DNA of 52,303 nt from an uncultured Candidatus Micrarchaeota archaeon (GTDB lineage Archaea > Micrarchaeota > Micrarchaeia > Anstonellales > Anstonellaceae). The position numbers were made by a program, and so were the translations under genes. The stretch spans positions 1 to 52,303 of the forward strand of contig CAIXYX010000139.1 in assembly GCA_903923795.1 (NCBI GenBank), given 5' to 3'. The number at the start of each line of letters is the position of its first letter. Positions within the stretch are counted from its first letter, which is position 1. A model generated the notes under the pieces. The model was not told where the DNA came from. It saw nothing but the letters and a program-made list of their open reading frames with translations, and ran no database searches. Of this stretch, positions 40,427-49,888 are shown in pieces.

Positions 40427-40651
40427 TTAGAAGCGGACACTTGAGCCGGAAGCCCGGCCTGTCAAATGCCCGAGTTTGCCAGTCTCGGCGATAGAAGTGT
40501 TTGATTCCTCAATCTTCTTGTGGTAATCGTCACCGCATGCCCTGCAATAAGTGTGCGTGAATCCGTCCCTGTCGAGGACCTGCACCCGCTCCTTGTAGCT
40601 ATTGATGTCTGTTTTGCATTTTTCGCATTCAAGACTTACCATGCCCATCAC
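40427..40651 (-). CDS. Small zinc-ribbon protein
   Basis: CEKC...CRAC four-Cys arrangement in a 74-aa ORF. Confidence 0.45.
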   Translation of the reverse strand: MMGMVSLECEKCKTDINSYKERVQVLDRDGFTHTYCRACGDDYHKKIEESNTSIAETGKLGHLTGRASGSSVRF

Positions 40652-40738
40652 CGCCTGTATTGACTTCTCGCCGCTTGCATAAATGAGGTGAAATTAAAAA
40701 AACCAATAGATGTCTGATCGCTAAAACCCCCAAAGGCG

Positions 40739-41035
40739 CTATTTCGCATCGTCTTTGGCTACGAATTTGACCAGCACGAATACTACGGCGGCCACGATGA
40801 TGAAATCGATTAGCGCGCCGACGAAATCGCCGACCAGGAATTTGAATGGACCGAGCTGCAAGACAGCCGACCGCCAGTCGCCCGCCGGAGTGATCACTGC
40901 GATGATGGGCATGATCAGGTCAGCTACGATGGCAGTGACCAATTTGGTGGCCGCGAGGCCGATTATGACTGCCACAGCCAAACCCACAACTTTGTGTTTG
41001 TTCAAAAAACCGACGAACTCGTCCAAAAAGCCCAT
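40739..41035 (-). CDS. mscL: Large-conductance mechanosensitive channel MscL
   Basis: MGFLDEFVGFLNKHKVVGLAVAVIIGLA...LIMPII...FVGALIDFIIVAAVVFVLVK. The start is set at ATG 41035 because the ORF-track extension overlaps radA. Confidence 0.85.
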   Translation of the reverse strand: MGFLDEFVGFLNKHKVVGLAVAVIIGLAATKLVTAIVADLIMPIIAVITPAGDWRSAVLQLGPFKFLVGDFVGALIDFIIVAAVVFVLVKFVAKDDAK

Positions 41036-41109
41036 ACAACCACCCAAGGAGAGAAAGATGAGAGAAAATAAAAAAGAATGTGCAGGGGCCAAGCCTGCTC
41101 GCAGAGTGC

Positions 41110-42132
41110 CTAATCCATCACGCCTTTTGGCGTCACCTTGAACACGCACTCGCCTTCAGGCATTGACGGCGAATCCACCAATCGTGCGCTGCGCTTCTCC
41201 TCCTTGCCTTTGCGCAAGTACAGCCGGTATGTGGCGGCGTGCGCCAGCACATGCCCGCCAATCGGCACTGTGGGGTCTCCGAACATTATGTCGGGCCGAT
41301 CCATCACCTGATTAGTTATGTAGATGGCGAGGTTGTACTGGTCTGCGAGTCTTTGTAGCGCGTGCACGTGCTTGTTGAGCTTCTGCTGCCTCTCGCCCAA
41401 TGCGCCCCTTCCGACATAATCCGAGCGGAAGTGGCTTGTCATCGAATCCACGACGATGAGCTTGACGGGGTGGGCCCGGATCATTTCGTCAGCCTTGTCC
41501 ACCAGAATCATCTGGTGGTCGGAGTTGATGGCCTTTGCCACGTGGATTTTTTTGAGCACTTTTTCGGCATCCATTCCCGAAGCCTCGGCCAATTGCACGA
41601 TGCGCTCGGGCCTAAACGTGCTTTCGGTGTCGATGAACAGGACTTCGGAATCCTCGCCCATGCCCCCCTCATGCGCCGGTTTTTGCACGTTCACCGCCAG
41701 CTGGAAGCCCACTTGGGATTTTCCGCTGCTGAATTTCCCGTAGCATTCCGTAATCGCCATCGTCTCCACGCCGCCGCCGATGAGGTTGTCGAGCTCCTTG
41801 GAGCCTGTGGATATGCGCGAGACGAGCTTGCGCCGCTCGAGAATCACGTCTGCTGTATCATACCCCATCTCGAGCGCATCTCTTGCCGCCGAAATGGTCT
41901 TTTTCGCCGTTTCCACTCCTATCTCGGCTATCTCGTCCAATTCGTGGGGGGATGCTGCCGCAATCTTCTCGAAATCGACATAGCCTGCCCTTCTCAGCTT
42001 CTCGGCCGTCACGTCACCTACTCCCGGCAGGTCCTCGAGCACTTTCGCCTTCTTGGTGGGCTTCTCCTCTTTCTCTGTCTTCTCCACCATCTCCATCACC
42101 ATTTCTGCATCTTTCTTCGCCATGTGAATCAC
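41110..42132 (-). CDS. radA: DNA repair and recombination protein RadA
   Basis: N-terminal HhH motif ([20 protein letters not shown]), Walker [10 protein letters not shown], and the hallmark LVVDS and YITNQV segments. Confidence 0.95.
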   Translation of the reverse strand: MIHMAKKDAEMVMEMVEKTEKEEKPTKKAKVLEDLPGVGDVTAEKLRRAGYVDFEKIAAASPHELDEIAEIGVETAKKTISAARDALEMGYDTADVILERRKLVSRISTGSKELDNLIGGGVETMAITECYGKFSSGKSQVGFQLAVNVQKPAHEGGMGEDSEVLFIDTESTFRPERIVQLAEASGMDAEKVLKKIHVAKAINSDHQMILVDKADEMIRAHPVKLIVVDSMTSHFRSDYVGRGALGERQQKLNKHVHALQRLADQYNLAIYITNQVMDRPDIMFGDPTVPIGGHVLAHAATYRLYLRKGKEEKRSARLVDSPSMPEGECVFKVTPKGVMD

Positions 42133-42198
42133 CCTTGAAACATATTAGACTATCTCTTTGGTTGCATTTCGCGTCATGCATACTGCATCATCGCATCT

Positions 42199-42489
42199 CT
42201 ATTGCTGCAACTTCTGGTTAGGGAACACCAGCAACCTCAGCTTGCCGATTTTAAGGGTGTAGAACTCCTTGCCCGTTTTCTGGCTGACATTGTGCCAGAG
42301 CGCGCCGACATCCTTGAAAATCGTCTTTCCTTCGGTCAGGTTGTATTCGGGCTGAACGACACGAAAATCGGGTTGTCGCGGAACCGCAGGGGGGCTCTGC
42401 CCCCCTTCAGTTTGACGTTCTTCCGGATTCCCCCCGACGGCGAAAATCTCATCCGGCATTTCGCCCGAGCCGGCGTCCTCTTGTTCCAT
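42199..42489 (-). CDS. Hypothetical protein
   Basis: 96-aa ORF with an acidic/Pro-rich N-half and a beta-rich C-half (VGALWHNVSQKTGKEFYTLKIGKLRLLVFPN). No firm family assignment. Confidence 0.45.
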   Translation of the reverse strand: MEQEDAGSGEMPDEIFAVGGNPEERQTEGGQSPPAVPRQPDFRVVQPEYNLTEGKTIFKDVGALWHNVSQKTGKEFYTLKIGKLRLLVFPNQKLQQ

Positions 42490-42623
42490 TTTTCCACTTC
42501 CACCAAATTTCGTGGGCGAAATTCAGTGATAGACGTTAGAACCGAAGTCCCCTTTTAAAGCGCGGAAGGGGTAGGTTTCCGGTGGTCTTCCGGTGGCTTT
42601 TTACGACGATAGAATCAGAATAA

Positions 42624-43181
42624 TTATTTCTTCCCGCCCGTCTCTCCTTTGAATTTCGCCTTCACCAATTCGTGGTTCGCCCTCAAAAACTCCTCGGCGG
42701 ATGACAGCATCCTCTTCGCATTCTCAAAAGTGACCATGTGGATTCCGCGCGAATACGGCACCCAGCGCGCCCCCTTGTGCTCGTGCGAGATGCGCACCTC
42801 GTATTCGTCTGTTCTCGCGAGCATGAATGTCACTAATTTCGAGCGCAATCCATGGCCGGCTCTTGCGCCGAATTCGTACTCGTACTCGTATTTGAAGCCG
42901 GGCAGCACGTCAGCGCGTGTTATTCCTGTCTCCTCGGTCAATTCCCGTCTTGCCGTCTCCTCTTCCTCTTCATTCTTCTCGACATGGCCTTTTGGGAAAT
43001 CCCAGTGCCCCGCCTTGTAGTGCATGAGCAGATAGTAGCGCTTCTCACCTAATTGACGAAAGAGTACGAATCCGCAGGAATGCTCCTGCTCGCGGGCATG
43101 CTCGGTCATACGAATACAACCCATCGGCGCTATATAAAATGCGGCGTCGGCCCGGCTTTTTGGTTTGGCGAAAAAAATCAT
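42624..43181 (-). CDS. NUDIX hydrolase
   Basis: Nudix box GHWDFPKGHVEKNEEEEETARRELTEETG. The true start may be the internal ATG at 43109. Confidence 0.85.
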   Translation of the reverse strand: MIFFAKPKSRADAAFYIAPMGCIRMTEHAREQEHSCGFVLFRQLGEKRYYLLMHYKAGHWDFPKGHVEKNEEEEETARRELTEETGITRADVLPGFKYEYEYEFGARAGHGLRSKLVTFMLARTDEYEVRISHEHKGARWVPYSRGIHMVTFENAKRMLSSAEEFLRANHELVKAKFKGETGGKK

Positions 43182-43188
43182 TTTCGGT

Positions 43189-43653
43189 TCACGTGAACGA
43201 GCATGAGCCCGCGATGGGTTTGGCGCCTATCTCGCGCTGGCTTGGCAAATCGAACGAGTCGTATTCGAACGTGAGATTGTAGATGAATGAATCATATTGC
43301 CCGACCACGCAGGGCGGTAAGCCCGGGATGCTCACGGATTTGTCGCCTCCCGGCCTCCAGCTCCAGCCCGCGCCCAGGTTTGCCGTCACATTTCCCACAA
43401 TCACTTTGCGCATGATAAGCTGCTCGGTGAACCTATTGACCACGCGCAGATAGAGGGTGTCGTTGATTTGCGTCCATTCCATGACGCCGAACGGGCGTAT
43501 GGGGCCGCCCCAATAGCTTTTCGACTCTGATTCGGCCGCGGCGTTGCCGGTGTTGAAAATCCCGCCCAGAAGCACGACGCCGATGAGGACTACCACCAGC
43601 ACTACGGCTAAGAGGATGAGGTATTCTGCTGCAGCCTGGCCACGGGTGGACAT
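43189..43653 (-). CDS. Archaeal type IV pilin-like protein (class III signal peptide)
   Basis: MSTRGQAAAEYLILLAVVLVVVLIGVVLL gives an RGQ|A-type prepilin peptidase site plus a hydrophobic helix. The start is set at ATG 43653. Confidence 0.7.
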   Translation of the reverse strand: MSTRGQAAAEYLILLAVVLVVVLIGVVLLGGIFNTGNAAAESESKSYWGGPIRPFGVMEWTQINDTLYLRVVNRFTEQLIMRKVIVGNVTANLGAGWSWRPGGDKSVSIPGLPPCVVGQYDSFIYNLTFEYDSFDLPSQREIGAKPIAGSCSFT

Positions 43654-43774
43654 CGATTCTATCGAGAAGCCGTTATTTATATAGGTTATCGGGCTCCGCC
43701 CCATCGAGGAGAATGCCGAGCCTCCAAGCGGTTTTGGGCATCGGCTATAAATGCATTGTTGTCGACATCAATGC

Positions 43775-45166
43775 ATGTCGCTTTTCGGCACCTCCGGCAT
43801 CCGGGATTTATGCCCAAGGAACGTGAGTCCCGCGCTCGCGCGCTCGTTGGGCGAGCTTTTGGGCGAGCAGTCAAAACCATGGCTGAATATCAGTGCGGAG
43901 CAGGCAGACGGGCCAGTGGTTGTCGGCTTTGACGGCCGCCGTTCCGGTTTCGCCCTCAAATCCGCCGTAATCGCGGGCGCGGCAGGCGCGGGCGCGCAGG
44001 TGGATGACTTGGGCCTCTGCGCCACGCCGACGCTCGCATTGCGGGCGAAAATGCGCAGAGCTTGGGGCATCATGGTGACAGCCTCGCACAACCCGCCCGA
44101 ATACAACGGGCTCAAGGTGTTTTGGCGCGGGCAGGAGACGCCGGGCGCATGGGAGCATAGGATAGAGGAAGCCCTCGAGGCGCGGCAGGCGGGCTTGACA
44201 AGACCGCACCACCATGCGTGGTCCTCGGCAGGCTCGATCAACACGGTCGGAGAAAAAGCCGCCGCCGCTCATTTGAAGCTCTTGCTCAAATCGGTCGACG
44301 CAAAACTCATCAAAAAAAGAAAACCCCGCGTGGTGGTTGACTGCGCCAATGCGGCCGGCTGTGCCCTCATGCCGATGGCGCTCGAGGCTGCGGGATGCCG
44401 AGTCGAGGTGCTCAATGGAGTGGCGGGCGAGCCCTATGGCAGGATAATAGAGCCGAAAAAAGAGACTCTGGGCGCGCTTGGCAGGGCGGTGCGCCGTCTC
44501 CATGCTGATTTGGGCATAGCGCACGACGGAGACGCCGACAGGGCAATAGTTGTCGATGAGAAAGGCAAGATGATTGGCCTCGACACCCAGCTCGCGTTAG
44601 TGACAAAAGATGCCCTCGAGCATACGAAACAAAAATCTCCTCTTGTCATCTCCACTGTCGAATCCTCGCTCTCATTGCGCGAAGTGGTCTCATCGCACGG
44701 CGGCAGGCTCTCCATCACGCCTGTCGGCAGCAGGAATGTGGCCGCGCATTTGCGGGCTGATGGCGCCGTGTTCGGCGGCGAGCCGTGCGGGGAATATGTT
44801 TTCACTCATGGAGTGGGCGTGCCGGATGGGTTGATGGCAGGCCTCTTCTTTGTCGAATTATTCTGCCGCAGCGGCAAATTGTCAAAACAGGCGAAAGAGA
44901 TTCCCGCTTATCCGATTCATCGGCAGAAAATCGCATGTTCGAATTCGCACAAGAAAGATGCAATGACGCGCATCGCGGCAGACTGGCCTTTCTTCAAACC
45001 ATCGCATGTCGATGGCCTTCGCACTGATTTGCCAGATGGTTGGGTGCTGGTGAGGCCATCTGGCACAGAGCCATACATGCGCCTCACCGCAGAGGCAACG
45101 ACAAAAAAAGAGCTGGAAAAAATTGTCGGCGTGGTTGGGCGGATTGTGGAGAGGGCGTGCAGTTGA
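43775..45166 (+). CDS. Phosphoglucosamine/phosphomannomutase-family phosphohexomutase
   Basis: N-terminus FGTSGIRD, active-site loop VTASHNPPEYNGLK, metal loop AHDGDADR and C-terminal motif RPSGTEP. A TATA (GCTATAAAT) lies ~27 nt before the ATG. Confidence 0.9.
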   Translation: MSLFGTSGIRDLCPRNVSPALARSLGELLGEQSKPWLNISAEQADGPVVVGFDGRRSGFALKSAVIAGAAGAGAQVDDLGLCATPTLALRAKMRRAWGIMVTASHNPPEYNGLKVFWRGQETPGAWEHRIEEALEARQAGLTRPHHHAWSSAGSINTVGEKAAAAHLKLLLKSVDAKLIKKRKPRVVVDCANAAGCALMPMALEAAGCRVEVLNGVAGEPYGRIIEPKKETLGALGRAVRRLHADLGIAHDGDADRAIVVDEKGKMIGLDTQLALVTKDALEHTKQKSPLVISTVESSLSLREVVSSHGGRLSITPVGSRNVAAHLRADGAVFGGEPCGEYVFTHGVGVPDGLMAGLFFVELFCRSGKLSKQAKEIPAYPIHRQKIACSNSHKKDAMTRIAADWPFFKPSHVDGLRTDLPDGWVLVRPSGTEPYMRLTAEATTKKELEKIVGVVGRIVERACS

Positions 45167-45179
45167 GTGGAAACTCACT

Positions 45180-46130
45180 CTATTTCTTGCCGAACTTCTT
45201 CTTCAGATTTCTCAGCATGTCATCCGCCATCTTGTCCAAATCGTACTGGTGCTTCCAATTCCAGTCCGCTCTCGCCGACTTGTCCTCGATGCTCTGCGGC
45301 CACGAATCGGCGATTTTTTGCCGGTGGTCGGGTTTGTAGGTGCAGGAGAAGCCCGGCACTTTTTTCTTGACTACGGCAGCAAGCTCTTCGGCTGAAAAAG
45401 AGATGGCTGCGAAATTGTAAGCAGTATTCACCTTGATCTTCTCTATTGGCGCTTCCATAAGCTCTATTGTGCCCCTAATGGCGTCCGGCATATACATCAT
45501 GGGCAGCACGGTTTTCGGGCCCACGAAATTCTCATAAGAGCCTTTTTGCACGGCGTCATAGAAGATGGCCACCGCGTAATCAGTCGTGCCGCCGCCGGGC
45601 GGAGTCTTCCATGAGACAAGACCGGGATAGCGCACCGAGCGCACATCAACGCCCCACCTCAACTTGTAGTATTGGCAGAGCAATTCACCCGCCACTTTCG
45701 TCACGCCGTACATGGTGGTCGGCTCGAGGCTGGTGTATTGCGGCGTGTTGACTCTTGGAGTGGTGGGGCCGAATGCCGCTATTGAGGAGGGCCAGAAAAT
45801 CTGCAATTTGTGAGCCTTGGCCAATTCAAGCACATGGCGCAATGAATCCATGTTCAGGCGCCAGCACAAATCAGGGTCTTTCTCGCCGGTGGCGGAGAGG
45901 AGGGCGGCAAGATGGAAGACGGTGTCGATTTGGTATTTTTTTATTAGAGCCTCGATGGATGTTTTGCTTGTGGCATCGCCCAATTCCCACGGCCCGCCTT
46001 TTTTCTGCTCCTCGGACGGCTCGCGTAAATCCATTCCGATTACGTTGTCCTGGCCATATTTTGTGCGCAGAGCGGCGATTAATTCAGAGCCGATTTGGCC
46101 ATTTGCGCCGATGATAAGGATTTTTTTCAT
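45180..46130 (-). CDS. NAD-dependent epimerase/dehydratase-family SDR (L-threonine 3-dehydrogenase-like)
   Basis: Rossmann motif ILIIGANGQIGSEL and catalytic YGVTKVAGE (YxxxK). Confidence 0.8.
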   Translation of the reverse strand: MKKILIIGANGQIGSELIAALRTKYGQDNVIGMDLREPSEEQKKGGPWELGDATSKTSIEALIKKYQIDTVFHLAALLSATGEKDPDLCWRLNMDSLRHVLELAKAHKLQIFWPSSIAAFGPTTPRVNTPQYTSLEPTTMYGVTKVAGELLCQYYKLRWGVDVRSVRYPGLVSWKTPPGGGTTDYAVAIFYDAVQKGSYENFVGPKTVLPMMYMPDAIRGTIELMEAPIEKIKVNTAYNFAAISFSAEELAAVVKKKVPGFSCTYKPDHRQKIADSWPQSIEDKSARADWNWKHQYDLDKMADDMLRNLKKKFGKK

Positions 46131-46241
46131 GATGACACCTCGGTTGAAGGATTTGAACTATCAGTTTGAGCGGGGCGAGATTTTTATGGAGGCACGTTCG
46201 ATGATTGACGGAAAAAATAGAATGCGGATTTTGCTCATCAC

Positions 46242-46943
46242 TCAGATTTTCGACGCAGATGCCATGAAGTCGATGAGCAGCTCCTCGAAAAGCGGGCATC
46301 TCCCGCTGCACTCGGTCAGGCCGCTGAAGCGCGCTGTCAGGTCGGCATTGCCATAGGCTTTTACCAGCGAGTCGAGTTTCGCGACAGCTTTCGCGGCCGC
46401 GGTTTCATCCCCGGCGGCTCGCGCGTCATACCAATAGGTTGCCTCAATCACCATGGCATGTCCTGCCAAGCGGGGGTCTCTCGCCGCCAATTCTCCGGCC
46501 GCCTGTATATAGACACGATTATCACAGCCTGAATTGGCGCAGGAGAGCACGGGCGCCCATGTCATGCGGGACGCTTCGTTGTCGCCGGTTGTCAATTTGG
46601 CGCGGATGCCATCGGTCTGAATCGACAGGTCGGCATATGTGCCGTTCTTGGCAGTCTGGCGTAAGGTAAAGAGGGCGGTGAGATAATCGTCAGTTTCGCC
46701 GGATGATGCGCTCATCATGCCGAAGCCCAAAGCTTTGGCGTTCGAGAAATCCATGCGCATGTGCCCATTCGCGCCCGTTCCCGCTCCGGCGCCAATCAGG
46801 CCGATGCTCTCGAGGTAATAGGAGAGGAGCCAGAGGCTGAATAGGGCCCATATGGCAAGGAAAAGGACGAGCGCGAGGCGTTGCCAGCTGAACTTGAAGC
46901 TTTGGGGCTTTCCCCAACCCTTTCCGGCGTCATTGGCTCGCAT
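46242..46943 (-). CDS. Hypothetical membrane-anchored protein
   Basis: 233-aa ORF with one N-terminal TM (LALVLFLAIWALFSLWLLSYYL). No motif recognised. Confidence 0.5.
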   Translation of the reverse strand: MRANDAGKGWGKPQSFKFSWQRLALVLFLAIWALFSLWLLSYYLESIGLIGAGAGTGANGHMRMDFSNAKALGFGMMSASSGETDDYLTALFTLRQTAKNGTYADLSIQTDGIRAKLTTGDNEASRMTWAPVLSCANSGCDNRVYIQAAGELAARDPRLAGHAMVIEATYWYDARAAGDETAAAKAVAKLDSLVKAYGNADLTARFSGLTECSGRCPLFEELLIDFMASASKI

Positions 46944-47010
46944 AGAGGTACGACGGACTAACGGTTTTTAACAGTTGCGAACTTGGCGCACAAAAAGAAA
47001 ACAAGCGGCT

Positions 47011-47023
47011 AGCCCCCGACGAG
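47011..47023 (-). pseudogene. Orphan tRNA 3'-end fragment (CTCGT CGGGGGC T)
   Basis: The 13 nt are identical to the T-stem 3' strand plus acceptor 3' strand of the half-tRNA at 47101-47135. Module copy C directly precedes it. Confidence 0.6.
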
Positions 47024-47026
47024 CCC

Positions 47027-47070
47027 TTTTCTTTCTCCGAAAGAAAAGTGCTTCACCCCAAAAGAAAGAG
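47027..47070 (-). repeat. Y1-Y2-loop-R module, copy C
   Basis: The minus strand reads CTCTTTCTTTT GGGGTGAAGCAC TTTTCTTTC GGA GAAAGAAAA, then GGGCTC. A CCGGCC-GAA-GGCCGG hairpin (47076-47090) precedes it on that strand. Confidence 0.8.
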
Positions 47071-47100
47071 ATTTGCCGGCCTTCGGCCGGAATTTGATTT

Positions 47101-47135
47101 AGCCCCCGACGAGGATTGAACTCGTGACCTCGTGC
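47101..47135 (-). pseudogene. tRNA-Thr-like 3' half (positions 39-73) with no 5' half in the window
   Basis: GCACG AGGTC ACGAG TTCAATC CTCGT CGGGGGC T. It has the same anticodon-stem strand, variable loop and acceptor strand as the intact tRNA-Thr, but a different T-stem. Confidence 0.65.
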
Positions 47136-47141
47136 GAGCCC

Positions 47142-47190
47142 TTTTTCTTTTCGCGGAAAAGAAAAAGTGCTTCAGCCCAAAAAGAAAAGG
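47142..47190 (-). repeat. Y1-Y2-loop-R module, copy D
   Basis: The minus strand reads CCTTTTCTTTTT GGGCTGAAGCAC TTTTTCTTTTC CGC GAAAAGAAAAA, then GGGCTC, which abuts the tRNA 3' half. Confidence 0.8.
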
Positions 47191-47195
47191 CAATT

Positions 47196-47267
47196 AGCCC
47201 CCGATGGGGATTGAACCCATGACCTCGTGCTTACCATGCACGCGCTCTACCGCTGAGCTACAGGGGC
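47196..47267 (-). tRNA. tRNA-Thr (anticodon GGT)
   Basis: GCCCCTG TA GCTC AGCGGTA GAGC G CGTGC ATGGTAA GCACG AGGTC ATGGG TTCAATC CCCAT CGGGGGC T. This gives a full cloverleaf with no intron. Confidence 0.9.
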
Positions 47268-47308
47268 AAAAAAGTAATCTAAGTAGTCAACATAAGAAAT
47301 AATAAAGG

Positions 47309-48307
47309 CTATTGAACGGCCCGTCTGTCAATAATATCTTCCGCATCCGCTCCCGTGCCAATCAATCCGACTTTTACGCCCACCTTCTTCTCGATTTCGG
47401 CAACGAAAGCCTTGGCGTCCGCATCAAGCTCGTCGAATTTCCTCTTCTTGGCGCATTTGGGGAATTTGACATCCAATTTCGTCACGGCGAGGTAATTGGC
47501 CGAATTTATCATGGCGGCGGTTTTGATTTCGTCCCAGACAAGATTCGGATTCGTGCGCCGAGGCCGGCCTGTGACAGTGCCATATTCCTGCATGCCGATT
47601 TTCTTTGCCTCCTCCTCGCTCAATTCGCCGGGCATCGGGCCCGAGCCGACTCGAGTGGTGTATGCCTTGATGACCATAATAACGTCTTTCACCTTGCGCG
47701 GGCCCAAGCCCACTTCGGCGCAAATAGTCGAGGCGCTCACATCCTTGCTTGTCACAAATGGATAAGTGCCGTACAAGTTGGAGAGCATGAAACCCTGGCT
47801 GCCCTCGACAAGAACATTTTTGGTGGAATTCACAAGCTCTGGCACGTCACCCAAATATTTTTTGAGGCGAGGCTCTGATTCGACTGTGGTGGCCGTTCTC
47901 GAAGCCCGTGCGGCCTGCGTGGGGCCCATACCAGTTTTGGTTGTGCCGATTTTTTTCGAATTCTCCGATGCCGCGTCAAGGTCTTTCATTTCTTGTGTGA
48001 TGAGAGTGGCGCGCCTGTCGATGATGCACCGATTTCCCAATTCGAAATTCGCGACCTCTTTGAGAAACACGTCGGCGTCAATCAATACGCCTGCGCCTAT
48101 GGCGAGCTTCGCCTCCTTCTCCACCAAACCGGACGGCACGAGGCGTATCGAGTATTTCTTTCCCTTGTACTCGACGCTGTGCCCCGCATTAGGCCCGCCG
48201 CCGCCGCGCGCAATCACTTCGGGTTTGTCATGCAGCGCGAGGTAGGAGATTATCTTGCCCTTGCCCTCGTCCCCATACTGGCCTCCGACGACTACGGTGA
48301 CGCTCAT
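47309..48307 (-). CDS. purA: Adenylosuccinate synthetase (short archaeal form)
   Basis: P-loop GGQYGDEGKGKI, GGGPNAGH and TTKTGMGP motifs. 332 aa. Confidence 0.95.
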   Translation of the reverse strand: MSVTVVVGGQYGDEGKGKIISYLALHDKPEVIARGGGGPNAGHSVEYKGKKYSIRLVPSGLVEKEAKLAIGAGVLIDADVFLKEVANFELGNRCIIDRRATLITQEMKDLDAASENSKKIGTTKTGMGPTQAARASRTATTVESEPRLKKYLGDVPELVNSTKNVLVEGSQGFMLSNLYGTYPFVTSKDVSASTICAEVGLGPRKVKDVIMVIKAYTTRVGSGPMPGELSEEEAKKIGMQEYGTVTGRPRRTNPNLVWDEIKTAAMINSANYLAVTKLDVKFPKCAKKRKFDELDADAKAFVAEIEKKVGVKVGLIGTGADAEDIIDRRAVQ

Positions 48308-48346
48308 AGAATCACAACCTAAGAAATAGATGGTGCGGCAGAGCTA

Positions 48347-49351
48347 TTATACTTTCACTTTTGCACAGAGGCGCAAGGCCAGCCCGATGGCGTCCTCCAG
48401 CCTCTCTCCCCGCGGCCCGCTCGCCCCCGCCGCGCCTGGATGCCCTCCGCCCATGCCGCCCAAAGCCCGGCCGGTCTCGCGCATGATGGCAGGTAGGTCC
48501 ATCTCATCTGCCAGACTCGCCCGAACGCGGGCCGAGATGCGCGCGCCCTTTTTGTCTGATGTGCCCGCCACCGCAACGTCGGCCCCGGCGGAGATGAGCG
48601 CGTCGGCCACGTGGGATTCGTGCGACGAGACTATGGCAGATGCGAGCAGCCGCTCTCCCTGCAGTTTCCATGTGCATTGGCGCAAGCCCTCGAGCACGGC
48701 CGCCCGGCATGTCGCGTTGTTCGGATGGCGCAATTCATTGAGCAGTTGCTCGTAAGACTGCGATGAGAGGGGAATGAGGCGGGAAAGTGCGGCGAACGTA
48801 TTCGCGTCCGCGCGCATCAAATGAGCGGAATCCGAGAGGATGCCCAAAATCAGCCAGCGGGCCTGTTCGGAAGAAGGATGGATGATGAGGTCGGCGACTA
48901 ATTCGCAGGCCGACGAGGATTCTGGCTCCACCCACTCGGTTTTCGCCCTCACCGAAGCTCTCGAGACGGAATGGTGGTCGATGAGGATGAATGGCCGGCA
49001 GGCTGCCGCTCTGCCACCGAATTGGGGCAAAATTGACGGGTCATTGGCATCGAGCAGGATTATTTTCGCATCTGGGAATTTTGCGCGGGCAGTCTCGAAC
49101 GAAATGAATTTCTTCATCTCCCAACTCATGAGCCGCCTGCTCTCCGAATTTGTCCTGTCGGCTGGGGCGATGACGGCTTTCGGTCCAAGTTCTGCGGCGA
49201 GAGCGAGGGCCGAGGCCACCGCATCCGTGTCGCCTAAGGAATGGAAAGTGATTATGACGGGCTTGTTGCGAAGTTTCTCCAGCGCGGCCATCATTTGTTT
49301 TGGGGCCGAATAAGCCGGTTTTGCCCTCTGCGCCACCCTTTTCTTGCCCAT
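48347..49351 (-). CDS. DHH/DHHA1-family phosphoesterase (NrnA/RecJ-like)
   Basis: Motifs HSLGDTDAVAS, LLDAND, LIDHH and GGGHPGAAG. Confidence 0.9.
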   Translation of the reverse strand: MGKKRVAQRAKPAYSAPKQMMAALEKLRNKPVIITFHSLGDTDAVASALALAAELGPKAVIAPADRTNSESRRLMSWEMKKFISFETARAKFPDAKIILLDANDPSILPQFGGRAAACRPFILIDHHSVSRASVRAKTEWVEPESSSACELVADLIIHPSSEQARWLILGILSDSAHLMRADANTFAALSRLIPLSSQSYEQLLNELRHPNNATCRAAVLEGLRQCTWKLQGERLLASAIVSSHESHVADALISAGADVAVAGTSDKKGARISARVRASLADEMDLPAIMRETGRALGGMGGGHPGAAGASGPRGERLEDAIGLALRLCAKVKV

Positions 49352-49429
49352 GCTTTACGCCTTCGGTTGAATAGAATATAAAACCGGTGGAAGTGAGGAA
49401 TAAGCCGAATTAAGAAAAAGGATTCCGGT

Positions 49430-49804
49430 TTATCCGGCTTCATCGGCGGCCGCATTCTGCGAAGCGGCCAATGCCTTCTCCAAATAGGCGCGCAATTCCT
49501 CGGAGCGGGCGCGCAGCTTCTCCTCCTGCTTGCCCAATGAGCCGTTTCTGACCTCGAACGTCTCGAGCTTCTCGGCCATCTCCTTCTTCGCGGCCGCCAC
49601 GCTTGTCTCGATGAGAAGATTGCCTATGGCGCGAAAGACCTTGCCGGATGCCGTCTTGAGCTCCTCCGTCGCCATGTTCATCTCCTCTATCTGCATCTGC
49701 ACCTGCTGGCGCTGCATGCTCACCATCTGCAGTTGCCTTTGCAGGTTCTGGAATTCGTCGACTTGCGACTGGAGCTTCTTGGGGTCACGGACAGGTTCTG
49801 CCAT
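49430..49804 (-). CDS. pfdB: Prefoldin beta subunit
   Basis: Coiled-coil / beta-hairpin / coiled-coil layout (QNLQRQLQMVSMQRQQVQMQIEE...VFRAIGNLLIE...). The start is set at ATG 49804. Confidence 0.85.
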   Translation of the reverse strand: MAEPVRDPKKLQSQVDEFQNLQRQLQMVSMQRQQVQMQIEEMNMATEELKTASGKVFRAIGNLLIETSVAAAKKEMAEKLETFEVRNGSLGKQEEKLRARSEELRAYLEKALAASQNAAADEAG

Positions 49805-49888
49805 TTTGTTCACCTTTGAAAAACGATGATTATCCATCTCATGCGGAGAATATAAACCCGGCGGGAAAGCAAAGTCTATTTTGAAAGC

